From contig ML978126.1 of assembly GCA_010015805.1 (NCBI GenBank), positions 930,001 to 994,000 of the forward strand: a stretch of 64,000 nt of DNA. Reading direction: 5' to 3'. Under the pieces are notes generated by a model, which worked only from the letters and a program-made list of their open reading frames with translations, was not told the DNA's origin and made no database searches. Shown in pieces: positions 12,982 to 24,888 of this stretch. Position 1 is the stretch's first letter. The number at the start of each line of letters is the position of its first letter. This DNA comes from Rhizodiscina lignyota (Eukaryota). The position numbers and the translations under genes were made by a program.

Positions 12982-14868
12982 GAGGCACGATATCTCGGAC
13001 CGGGATGGGTAATGGTGCTGGTTCGACACTTCTTGTATATATTTTCCTTCTTTCGGTAGTTCTCGGACAAATTGTTGTCTTTGCAGGCTCGTGCATGGCA
13101 ATGGAAGAAGCCAGATTGCTGCTGACCCGCTCTCTACCATGACCTTTGTTGTCGCTGCCTTGGTGCCTGTTCTTCGCGAGTATTGAGTGATGACGACTGC
13201 GATGACACGCTACGATTCGGGAATTCCGACCAATCCAGACTCTGAAGTAGCGGCAGAGGTTGTGAATTGCGTTGAGGTTGGCTCGTATCTCCTTCTGTCC
13301 TGTGAATGCTGCATTCCACTCGTTCCGGCACATACCGCTGATAAGGCCCATGATGCCTAAACGCACATGCTCATGGACAAAATGAAACCGAGGCGACACA
13401 GCATAATTACTGAATCTGTTGAGCAGCTTCAGTGTGCATGGGTGGGATGCATGCGAGCAGGATCGGATGGGATCATTCCGAAACGATATTCACCAGATGT
13501 GCTATTGCACGATCTCGCGTGACGCTCATGGATCATGACTCTGCCGCGGCCCGAAAACAACCCCAAGAGCAGGACTAGTCAGAACAACGTTGAGTAGCTT
13601 CACTAAGGGAAAATTTCGGTTGAACGCGAAAACAAAGGCACGAGAGTGCTCTAGTTGCTGTGACATCGAGAGTTGAAGGGGTGCACGGAAATGTCTAAGA
13701 CGCAATCCGGAGAATCATTGCCGTTACAATACCGCATTAAACCTGGATTGATAGACTGAAAACAGATTGAAGGCCTCTGCGAAAGCTCTCTCACGTCTTT
13801 CAAGACTCGGCTTACAAGCCGCGATCGTCTTAGATGCCGCAAGGCGGCAGGATTTATGGTGTGATCGACAGGACACGATATTCTCGACACGATCTCAAGG
13901 CCACTACCGGCACTGGTAGGGAGTAAGGAGCAAGCACACAGTAGAGTGTGTGTGGTTGGTACAGCTGTACATAGAGCTGCGTTAGATATCCATGACGTCG
14001 ACAAGACAGCTTCAACGAATGAGGTAGAGGCTCTGTTGGAACTACGAGGACAACCCGGAGCTCTGTTGCAGCTGCCTGTCGCCAGCTTTATCAGAGTACG
14101 GCCGCAAGGAGCCTCGCTCGGCCGGTCAACACGTGAAACGAGTTGGGATAGAGGTGTAAGGGAAAAGTGGACATATCTCAACCTTTGCTTGCTGTGGTTG
14201 AGGATGCGAAGGCCGACGCGTCCCAGACGGATCCAGTTTTACGGAGGTACATTCTAGCGTCCGTTCTAGAAAGAAGCCCAGCCATTCGATGGGCAGTGCC
14301 CGCGGCGATAGGCACGGAGTTCTCGTGGCGATATCTGCTGCTCTGCATTCGCTGCACCAACACTGCGAGGTGTAGTGGAGCAGGAGATGATGTGCTTGCA
14401 GCATAGCCAAATGACGGCAGTCCCATTCCATGCATGCCACAATGCCATGCGTGTGCCAGGTGGAATGAAATGTTGACAGCCTCGGCCGGCGGTGGGAGAG
14501 TCGCGTACCTTGCAGCTAAGGGGCGCTCCAGCCAATGAGCGGCCGGCGGAGTCCCAACAAAGCGAGAGCTTCTGGCTTCGCTCAACGAATTTCTCGCCAT
14601 CAAGCCACCGCTCCGCAAATTTCCTCCCCCACATTCTCCTACCGACCCTTCAAAATACCCAGACTCCCTTCCACCTCGTCTGCTTCTCCTACACTCCTGT
14701 CAGTCTTTAAATTTGTGCAAAGCAACTCGGCCCGCTTGAGCTTCACGACCTCCGGAAGGCGTGCCTGAGCTCACACGACCACAACACAGCATTGCGTAAC
14801 CACCTCACACGTCCTCACCGACATATATAAAAGAGCTCGCCGGTAGTGAGCTCTACTCCTCACCCAAC

Positions 14869-16415
14869 ATGCCTTCTCATCAACCTACTGCGGGCGACGC
14901 TGCCGTCGACCCTCAATACCTGTCCTCACAACCGTCTCCCATGGCTTCAACATCGGAGCCGAACAGGTCGAAATCGTACGAGCCACGCAAGGTGCACATC
15001 ACAGATCTCCCCATGACGAGTGAGAACTGGTATAAGTGAGTATTCTTGCAATTGGACTCCAAGACCATTCGCTAACAACTTATAGGCACATCAACTGGCT
15101 CAACGTTTACTTCATTGTCCTCTTCCCGCTGTCTGGCCTCGTCGCTGCTTTCTGGACACCTCTCCGCCTCGAAACCGCCATCTGGGCAGTACTCTACTAC
15201 TTCGCGACCGGTCTGGGAATCACTGCAGGCTATCACAGACTCTGGGCACACAAGTCATACAATGCAACCCAGCCACTTGAAATCTTCCTGGCTGCCGTTG
15301 GTGGTGGTGCTGTCGAAGGATCAATCCGCTGGTGGGCCCGCGATCACCGTGCTCATCACCGCTACACCGACACTGAGAAGGACCCGTACTCCGTCCGCAA
15401 GGGCCTGCTCTACAGCCACATGGGCTGGATGATCATGAAGCAGAACCCTAAGCGCATTGGCCGTACCGACATCTCTGATCTCAACGAGAGTGCGATCGTT
15501 CGGTGGCAGCACAAGAACTACTTGAAGGTGGTTATAACCATGGGTCTCATCGTGCCCTGCGTCGTGGCTGGCCTCTTCTGGGGCGACTGGGTTGGCGGCA
15601 TCGTCTATGCTGGCATTCTCCGTATCTTGTTTGTCCAGCAGGCCACTTTCTGCGTCAACTCTCTCGCTCACTGGCTGGGCGAACAACCATTCGATGACCG
15701 TAACTCTCCTCGCGACCACGTCATTACTGCACTTGTCACACTTGGCGAGGGTTACCACAACTTTCACCACGAGTTCCCATCCGACTACCGCAATGCGATT
15801 GAGTGGTTCCAGTACGATCCCACCAAGTGGTTCATCTGGTACGTTACATTCATCATACCTCTATAAATATCAGACTAACAATTTTACAGGACCATGAAGC
15901 AGCTCGGTCTCGCCTATGATCTGAAGCAATTCCGCCAGAACGAAATCGAGAAGGGTCGTGTCCAGCAGCTCCAGAAGAAGCTCGACCAGAAGCGCTCCAA
16001 GCTTGACTGGGGTGTTCCTCTCGAGTCTCTCCCCGTCATGGAGTGGGACGACTATGTCGACCAGTGCAACAACGGCCGCGGTCTCATCGCTGTTGGTGGC
16101 GTTGTCCACGATGTGACGGCCTTTATCAAGGAGCATCCCGGTGGCAAGGCCATGATCAGCAGCGGCATTGGCAAGGATGCCACTGCCATGTTCAATGGCG
16201 GTGTCTACATGCACAGCAATGCTGCGCACAACTTGCTCAGCACAATGAGAGTCGGTGTCATCCGTGGCGGCATGGAGGTTGAGATCTGGAAGCGCGCCCA
16301 GATGGAGAACAAGGACGTGCAGTACGTCAAGGATCCCAATGGCAACAAAATCATTCGAGCTGGTGGCCAGGTCACCAAGCTTCAGCAGCCGATGGAAAGC
16401 GCAGATGCTGCGTAA
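14869..16415 (+). CDS. OLE1: Delta-9 acyl-CoA desaturase with C-terminal cytochrome b5; exons 14869-15035, 15086-15838, 15890-16415
   Basis: His boxes HRLWAH, HRAHH, HNFHH and cytochrome b5 HPGG motif. TATA box near 14824. Confidence 0.97.
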
Positions 16416-17218
16416 ACGATGCGCCAAATGCAGTTGTATTGATGAGGCATGATGCAACGAGAGGCTACTTGAGAGTGGCAAACTTTTATCCTTCACTGAA
16501 AGCGTTTGAAGCGTTGGGAGGGTCTTTATTCTGAATTGGCGTTTTGACGGCGAAAAGGTGGTCAACACCTATATCCTCCACTCGGCATGGATCCAATGAA
16601 AAGAAATGTAACTAGCTGCAGAGCTTAATGCTGGCACCTTGCGATAGAATAGTATCCCCTGCGCGAGTGAGCTTCAACTCGTGGCAATGATATTTTAATT
16701 GGAATATTCACAACATCTGATGGCTTAACGGTGTCGTCTGTGTCATCCCCCTTCCGGCTAGTCTTAATTTATGGAGTGCGGTTTCTCAACGGAAGATTTT
16801 CAACAACTCCGTCAAAGACGTACGTCAACCTTGCATCAATTTTTCCGTCCACATCTTGCATCATGCCAGTATGCTTAGATCCGGCTAACTGCGATCGAGC
16901 TCCTCTCCACACGGGGGAGATAGAAGCCACTGTCGATCGTTTCCGTACCAAGCTTTTGTGCCTGAAAACGCTCCCTTGCAACTCCAGAGCTCCACCAGTT
17001 CGCTCACCTTCTCACCGAATTGACGCGGGGAAGCTCAAGTTTGTACGCGATTGAGCAGTAATTTACGCGTCAGGGCCATGTAGGAGTAGGCAACTTTGCC
17101 TGGAGGTAGGCAATTTAGGATATACGCGAAATGCCGGTCATTTATATGCCTTTTGTCCCACTGAATCCAACTGAGAGCTGCGAGCACTCGTAGGTATTAC
17201 TGTTTACTACATTTAATC

Positions 17219-18681
17219 ATGCATCCCAAACTTCTCGCCTTTTTGGCGATCGGCTGTCTGCTTCTCGCTCTTGTCGATGCTGGTCGTCCAAAGATCACCT
17301 ATGCGCCCCGTAAACCATTCAAGCCGATGAAACCGTCTCCGCCACGAAAGAAGACGTGTGATGTCAAAGCAAACGGCTACGGAAGAGATGACTCGCAGAA
17401 CATTTTGTCTGCGCTGAAGAAGTGCAACAATGGCGGAACGGTCGTGTTCAAGCCCGGCACGGTTTACACGATTGGCAAGGCTCTGGACATGACGTTCTTG
17501 AAGAGTGTGGATATCGGTGGGTTCATCTCAACGCCAGCAGTTCTGCTTCAAGGCTGATATCGTTGCACAGATATTCAGGGCACCATCAAATTCACAGACG
17601 ACATAGTTTACTGGGAGGGCAACAGCTTCAAGTACGCCTTCCAGAACCAATCCTCGTTCTTCCAAATCGGCGGCAAGGACGTTAATGTCTACGGCGGCGG
17701 TACGCTCGACGGCCAAGGCCAACCCTGGTGGCAGGCCCTCCAAACCAACGCTTCAATCGTTCGACCAATTCTCTTTGCAGTCATCGGGCTGGAAGGAGGC
17801 ACCATCGCAGATATCAACCTCGTCAACTCTCCGAATTGGTTCAACATCATCGCCAACAGCAGTGATGTCACTTATGACGGTCTACACATGACTGCAGTGA
17901 GCACAAACTCCAGCATCTTCCCGAGCAATACCGATGGATGGGACACTCTGCGGTCTACGAATATTGTGATCCAGAACAGCCACATCAATAACGGAGACGA
18001 TTGCGTGGCGTTTAAGCCAAACAGCACGGACATCCTTGTGCAGAATCTGTATTGCAACGGTAGTCACGGCATCAGCGTAGGCAGCTTGGGACAGTATTTG
18101 GGCGAGGTCGACATTGTAGAGAATGTGGAGGTCTACAACATTCACATGAGCAATGCATCTGTACGCGTACCACCTCGTTTGAAGCCCGACATCCATCGCT
18201 AATAAATAATTCAAGGATGGTGCGAGAATCAAGGTGTGGCCAGGATCTCCTCCAGGCGCTGCCTTCGGTACTGGTGGTGGTAGCGGTTACGTCAAAAACA
18301 TCGTGTACAACGGCATGCACATCGACAACGACCAGTGGGCCATCGAATTGACGCAGTGCTATGGCGTAAGCAACGCATCTATATGTGATCAATATCCGAG
18401 CAACATGACCATCTCCGAGATTCAGTTTACCAACTTCGACGGCGTCACGAGCAAGACGCATGAGCCGGACGTTGCGACTGTGGTGTGCTCGAGTCCGGAT
18501 GTGAGTTTGTTTCTTCTGATCTCTGTGTTTGGCATGGAAATATATACTGACGTTTTCTTTATAGGTATGTTTTGACATCCATGTCTCGAATTTCTCGGTT
18601 GTGAGTCCGGAGGGGACGAACGACGCAGTGTGCACCAACGTCGATAATTCGACGCTGGGCTTGAATTGCACATCTGGATAA
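17219..18681 (+). CDS. GH28 exo-polygalacturonase (pgx-type); exons 17219-17516, 17571-18160, 18216-18500, 18565-18681
   Basis: Signal peptide; GH28 motifs NTDG, GDDC, GSHG and RIK (after splicing); N-terminal basic/proline region and CNNGG typical of the exo-acting subfamily. Confidence 0.95.
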
Positions 18682-19165
18682 AATATACTGTGCTCCATAG
18701 AGAACGCAAATTACGGTTATATGAAGAAGCAGGTCTGACACTGATGTGACTCGATTCCAGCTCCGTTTGTTTAAAATCTCTACTTCGTAAACCCATTGTG
18801 ATAAGATCATCAGTAACTCCACCAAACATTCCGTTCTCCGCGACGCAGCCTCCCCGGAGCCTTGATCCCAGAAAATTCGATCTGAACCTGCATTAGCGTT
18901 CTTCTCCGCACCCGGTTATCTTCAAGGTATATTGGAGCGACCTAGCGCAGGGAGACGAACTTCCCACGAACAAGCTTTCAAGATTCATGATCAAACCCGA
19001 AGAGATCTTGCATCGCGGCGGACCAGTTGCTCTCCTTCCACTCGCTTAGTAGACGAGACCAGCCTTACGATGAATGAAATGGATATTCCAGGATGAATTA
19101 TATCCGCGGGAGATCTGCCACCGAGTGGAGATCATCACTGCATGATTCATGTCTGATGATATTTC

Positions 19166-19174
19166 TCCTCCAAT
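19166..19174 (+). promoter_or_regulatory. Galacturonic-acid responsive element (GARE, GaaR site) upstream of the pectin methylesterase
   Basis: TCCTCCAAT is an exact match to TCCNCCAAT, 204 bp upstream of the ATG. A second core, CCACCAA, lies near 18819. Confidence 0.6.
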
Positions 19175-19377
19175 TATGTAGCTAACAGAGTATTGAGTTG
19201 ACAAGGTAGAATGCTATTACCATTAAGCATCGAGCTAAAAAGCGCGTCATGATTGCAGAAACGCATCCGGCTGACAGCATGATTCTCATTGCCTCGACGA
19301 CTTTAGAGGCTGCTCCCCTATTGAATGGAGGCTGAGTCGAAATAGTCAACAATTGACACTATTCCGGCGTTCTCAAG

Positions 19378-20657
19378 ATGAAACTCTGGCCTTCTCTCCT
19401 GCTGGGTTGTGCGGCCCTATCCAAAGCAGCACCAGCGACAGACACCTCCATCTCAGGCTCTTCACGCAATCTGTGCCAGGCACCCACAAAGAATCCCCTC
19501 GAAGGCTGTCCCAAAGGAACGATTCTCGTCTCCGCAACAAGCTCCTCTGCCCACTACAAGACGATCCAATCAGCAATTGACTCTCTCCCTCACGACTCGT
19601 CCTCGCACACCATCCTCATCGAAGGAGGCAGCTACTTTGAACAGCTCAACATCACTCGCCCCGGTCCCCTGTACCTCCTAGGGCAGACGTCCCACCCGGA
19701 CGACGCCACTCGGAACGAAGTCACTGTCCTCCAAGCGAAAGCCAACAACGCCACCTACCCGGACAATGTGTACGCGAGCGTGCTGATCGTCGCGCCGACG
19801 CTAAACGCGAGCCTGACGGGAGCTGGGCCGAATGGGTATCCGCTGCCGGCGAATACGCCGTTTGGATGCAAAGACTTCCGGACGTATAATATCGATTTCC
19901 GGAACGTGGCAGCGGAGCAGAGCGCTGGGCCAAGTCATGCTGTGAGCTTTAGTATGGCGAATGGGGGTTTCTACTTTAGTGGGTTCTATTCGTATCAGGA
20001 TACTGTAAGTGATTTTTTGCTTGTGATGTTGTCTCTGCAAACTGAGATGTGAAATGGGAATGGCGATATGAAAATGGAGTAAATCATGCTGACGTTGAAT
20101 TAAAGGTATACGTTGGCAAGAACGGTAGCGCCTACTTCTACAAATCCGTTGCAGCAGGACAGACCGATTTCCTGTACGGCTTCGGAACGGCATGGTTCCA
20201 GTCGTGCGATATCCAGATGCGCAACTGTGGAGGAGGCGTGACAGCTTGGAAAGGCACGAACACCACATTCCTCAATCACTACGGTGTCTACATCGTAGAC
20301 TCGCATCTCGCCGCAGCAAATGCAAGTATTGCGCCATCCATGGTCGGCATGTGCGCGCTGGGACGTCCATGGAACTCGAACGACCACAGCATCTTTGCGA
20401 GGACTTATGAAGACGCGAGTATCAGGCCACAGGGGTACATCGAGTGGTCGAGTCCGATTGACAACTACACGCTTATGGCGGAATATAAGGCTTATGGGCC
20501 TGGCTTCAACAGGACCGGCCGGATTGAGGGTGGCATCGACCACCTGTTAACGGATAAGCAATACGAGCCTTACAGTACGCCGGCGAAGGTATTTCAGTAC
20601 TTGGACGGAACGTTTGGAAATGACAAGTGGATTGACAAGGCCTACTATCCAAAGTAA
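19378..20657 (+). CDS. Pectin methylesterase, CE8 (PmeB/C-like); intron 20005-20106
   Basis: Signal peptide; YKTIQSAI, GSYFEQL, YSYQDT|VYVG, GQTDFLYGFG and LGRPW pectinesterase motifs. Confidence 0.95.
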
Positions 20658-21178
20658 CAGTTTTGGAGTCCGAAGACCGAAAACCCGAATAAAAGGAACG
20701 CCAAGTAGTTGATCTGAGATCTTTAAACGGAACACGTAAACGAGCCACTCAGTCGGAGATTTTGAGATCTGATACGAAGTGATTATGCACCATATCCCAC
20801 AGCAATGAGACCTTGAAGTGTCACACGTGGACTGTCCACCCTTAGCAGGTGATTATTTGATGGTAAAGAAGCAAAGAAACTCGTACGTTGCAACGTGTGA
20901 GAATTTAGGCTAAAAACACGCTTGGAATGTCAAGAGAGCACTAAAAATCTAGACCTGTTACATCAGCTGCACGTGAGAGCGTGATAATCATCTCATACAT
21001 GGATTCGCGAGCTCACCGCTCCACGTACCCATGTAGGTATCGTCTCAACATATTTCCATACCAGGCGATCGTCTTGTCCTCCACAATGATCCCCCACTTC
21101 CCCAGTTTCAATATATTCCAATATCTCCCTCTCTCAAATAGAGTATTTCTATTCGAAGTCGCTGTAAATTTACAAGTC

Positions 21179-22024
21179 ATGGAGGGCCCGAAAGGACACG
21201 CAGGATGTCAAGTCTTCGAAACGTTTGAGCTTGTGGAGCTTATTCTTTCCCACCTCACCCTCCTCGAAATTCTTCGAGCAGAGCCGACCAGTCGCAGTAT
21301 CTCTTCAGTCATTCATTCTTCTCCAACTTTGAAACGAAGGTTACATTTCTCTCAGCCGCGCAATGGAGATATCAATCGGTGCATGGATTGCTACGGAACG
21401 CCGGTGCCACGTCACGACATTCCCAGCGATGCTTTCATCCCATATGCCGCCTTCTCGGGGCCGATGACAACTTTCATAGACGCAACGCTCCTCAACCCGT
21501 TACTTCCGAGGATATTCCCATGCCATCGCACTAATCCGCTCGAGCACGGCTGGTTGCTACTCGTTCTTCGCGATCTGCCGGACCTACCTGACAATAGCCG
21601 CCCATCATGGGCGTCCATGCTATTCACAGCACAGCCTGTAAAGAAGCTCCGTATAGAGCCAGCAACGATGCTCCGCGAATCGCCCAACTCGTGCGCCCCG
21701 ATCCGCTTACCGCCGCCGGATCCCGCGGAAGCAGACCGAATAGCGGCACTGCACGCGCGTCTATCAACCACCCGCACTCGGACGGATCTTAGGCCTGCAG
21801 AGTTTCCAGTCAATGGTATCCGGCGATTGGCTGCAGCCAGAGGAGAGGCGAGTGCTGATGGATGGGTATGGGGAAGTAGCTTGGATCTCGTAAGAGGGAA
21901 AAAACCGAAGCCTGGATACGAAAAGAGTCTTCTCGTGAATGAGGATGGCGTGAGAATCGGGCAGATCGAGGAAGTGGCAAGAAAGGCGAAATGGAACACC
22001 TGGGTGTTGAAAAAGCTGGAGTAA
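21179..22024 (+). CDS. F-box domain protein
   Basis: VFETFELVELILSHLTLLEILRA...IHSSPTLKRRLHF, LNPLL and SWASMLFTAQP, typical of an expanded fungal F-box family. Confidence 0.75.
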   Translation: MEGPKGHAGCQVFETFELVELILSHLTLLEILRAEPTSRSISSVIHSSPTLKRRLHFSQPRNGDINRCMDCYGTPVPRHDIPSDAFIPYAAFSGPMTTFIDATLLNPLLPRIFPCHRTNPLEHGWLLLVLRDLPDLPDNSRPSWASMLFTAQPVKKLRIEPATMLRESPNSCAPIRLPPPDPAEADRIAALHARLSTTRTRTDLRPAEFPVNGIRRLAAARGEASADGWVWGSSLDLVRGKKPKPGYEKSLLVNEDGVRIGQIEEVARKAKWNTWVLKKLE

Positions 22025-22574
22025 ATATGGAAAAGCCTGCTCGCAAGTAGATACCTTTCCGCTGCTCGAGCTTCACTTCCTGGGTTCCTCCGGCGCCTCT
22101 AGGATCACCACAGCGATTTTGGCCCACATTGCACTCCGACTTGATCCGGTCGGAAATCAAGCCCATGATATGCTTCTCAGCATCTCAGAAGCTCAATGAC
22201 ATCGAACTAGCTTTCTCAGATGACCGCACTTCTGTACATCTTCAGTGCTATCTATGCTAGTGTGATGAAATCTTCGCGAACTCGCCTTTTTGGCTCGTTC
22301 GCGGTCATGAATAACTCCGAGGGCCGAGGTGTAGCATACGCATTATAGGAGGTATCTTCCTCGGAGATATGCGGACCGTTGAAGTGTAGTAGATGGCGAT
22401 GTCATGTTGCTCTATAGAGCAGAGACAGATGCCGTATGTAGTAGTACTAGTCGATTACACTTCTTCATGTAGAAGGCTAGTTTCGGCGGAGTCTAATCGA
22501 AAATTCAAGAGGGTATCCAATAACGCAACGCTATTGATCCAAACGCCGCGCCATGCTCTTGACAATAATTCAAA

Positions 22575-23542
22575 TCACCAATCGTAAGCCCATCCAGAAC
22601 TATGGTCCCAAAAGTCATCGCAAGCCTTCTTCAAGGCCAAGTTCGGTCGTAGCTCGTTGACAGAAAGCGGAGTTCGTGTAAGTGGATCTAGCGCGCTTCT
22701 TTTTAAGTGTTCTACCAGCGTAGCCCTTTCATAACTATGGCCGTTTTTGGTCATAACGGCTGAGAATAGTCAATTACTATTTGGTCAAATAACTGTGCGC
22801 GTGGACTTACGATCATGCATTATCTCGAACGATATATCGTCGATTAGGTATTCCGGTACCTCTCTTTTTTCTAAGTTCTTCGGATCCGCAATTGCAAATA
22901 CGTTCCGCAACTCGTCCATCTTAGCGGCATACTCTTCATCAACCTCTTTGCGGCGGTCCTCCGATTCTACTCGCCCAACCAGCCCCTGTCTTTCTTTGTC
23001 CTCTATGTCCTGGAGCTCTCCAATTCGATCCTTCTCCAGCTTCTCAAGAAGCTCAGCCAGCAAATCAGACCGTTGTCGTATCCTCTGTCGTTCCCGAATG
23101 TTCCATTTCTCGATTTTGCAGCGTCGTACCAGCTGTGCGATAGTGAAGGCTGAGGAGGTTTGCGAAGGGCTACTAGTACAGAGTTCGTATGCGGTCAAAG
23201 CACTAGATAATGCTTCGTTCGGGTGGTGGAGTTCCAGTTGTGCTTGTGCTGTGACGGTTATCAGCAGGTTAGCTCACCAACCGCAACTGTAGAGCACGAA
23301 CCCAAGTAGAAGAAAGCTTTCATATTGTCTCTCCGTAGCTCGATACTCCGCAGACAGTCGTCAATGACGTCTTGCCACTGATGTAGCTTTAATCGCGCAT
23401 TTGCTCGGTTGGTGTACAGCAACGGGTTACTGCTGTTCTTCTGGATAGCCTGGCCATACAGGGAGGCCGCCTCCGCGTAGTCGCCGTTCTTGAAATGTTT
23501 GTTACCCGTCTCTTTAAGCTGTTCAGCAAGGTAGGAAGCCAT
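22575..23542 (-). CDS. CHIP/STUB1-like TPR + U-box E3 ubiquitin ligase; introns 23249-23301, 22760-22810
   Basis: TPR (AEQLKETGNKHF..YTNRANARLKL); U-box VPEYLIDDISFEIMHDPVMTKNGHSYER...DPLTR...LRPNLALK; C-terminal GWAYDW. Confidence 0.93.
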
Positions 23543-24186
23543 GACGAAGCTGGTGTGATCGTAATTCGGAGATAGAAGCGGTTAAGGCCTGCCGGGGAAG
23601 TTGCGCCAATTGTTTGTCCGGTGACGCTCCGCGGTGATTAGAAGGGTATAGTAATTAGCTTGCTACGTGTACTGCTTCGCATTTCACTTCACGAGAAAGA
23701 TATGGAACTTCAGAATCGCGGACATTTTCTTCAAGCTCCAGCTGTCGTCGTCCCCACGGAGTGTGGAGATGGAAGCTACTAGAACACCATATTCTAAGCG
23801 CTCAATTGCATCCCGGTTCCGCCGTCGTTGGCGAGAGCTCGGCATCGGAGAATGTACCGCGGTAACCCAAGCAAGGTGCAATGCTTTCGCGACATCATTT
23901 AGCATCCACCATGCCTTCAGAGACGATGTTCAGTTCGTCTGCGTCAAAGACAGGAACTCCACTTGATGAAGTAAGCTTTGAGGTCACGTGCGCGGGAACC
24001 ATGATGTATTTCCATTTGACGTCTCCTCTGTTCAACATCGCTTCTCAAGACAACTCTAGTAAGTAAGACTAAATCTGTCTGACATAGGCCAATTGAGGGT
24101 ATGCTGCTTTAATTCGGTCGTTAAGATCGCCGACTCCTTCTGTCCTACGTTATTCTATCGAGAAAGAGAAAGGGTTAATCTCATCG

Positions 24187-24200
24187 TCGGAGACAACCGA
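24187..24200. promoter_or_regulatory. UaY-type binding site TCGG-N6-CCGA upstream of the purine permease
   Basis: TCGGAGACAACCGA is an exact match. GATA (AreA-type) cores TTATC occur at 24264, 24713 and 24747. Confidence 0.55.
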
Positions 24201-24888
24201 GAGTTAAGTAATGTTCTGAGCAAACGTTCGTGGCGCATGATTGGCTGTATGCAAAACTTTTCCTTATCAGACGCCGTGCCGTCATGGGTGGAGAGCAGAG
24301 CTACCGCAGCATTAGAGCGGGCCACGGCGACGTCCCGCATCTCATCTTGCAGAGGAGCTACTCCGACCCTGCTCTCAAGCTCTTCCCATGGCCCAGGAAG
24401 GCCTGGAGCTTATGCTTTGGTGGAGCTTAGCGAACATATCCCACATCCGGAGTAGTACCCGGCAACGGGAGTCTCCTAAAGAAATTTTAACGAGGGTTGA
24501 TGAAAGAGAACATATATGAGAGGAAGCAGCTGTTGCCATGATCAGATACTGACCACCAACAAAGGCTTCGATCAGACGGAAAGATATCTGCGGGGCAAAG
24601 GCTCAATCGAAATCGACCCAAAGCTACAGAGATCTACCGAGTCCGAGGCGCGCATCACCAAGACCGCTCAATTTTTGGCGCACACGACCATCTTCGTTGG
24701 TCGGCAGCTCGTTTATCTTTGCCAAACTGCATCCAGTCCAAAAACCTTATCGACGTCACGCCGCTTTCGTTTTTCTGATATCTAGATCTTGATATACTTA
24801 AGTCGCGAGATCTGACGCGCGATCCGTGCAGTCGTTGAAAAAGGTTCCACCAAACCCTTCTCAAAAGTGATCCAGCAACACAGCAGCA

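Noticed and set aside
18553..18570. AG|GTATGT at the start of GH28 exon 4 as a recursive-splicing or twin-intron site
   Set aside because: GTA TGT encodes Val-Cys, and the exon continues in frame to a sensible Cys-containing C-terminus, so coding constraint explains it.
22265..22312. SECIS-like ATGA...AA...GA hairpin
   Set aside because: The helix pairing does not fit, there is no in-frame UGA selenoprotein nearby, and Dikarya lack the Sec machinery.
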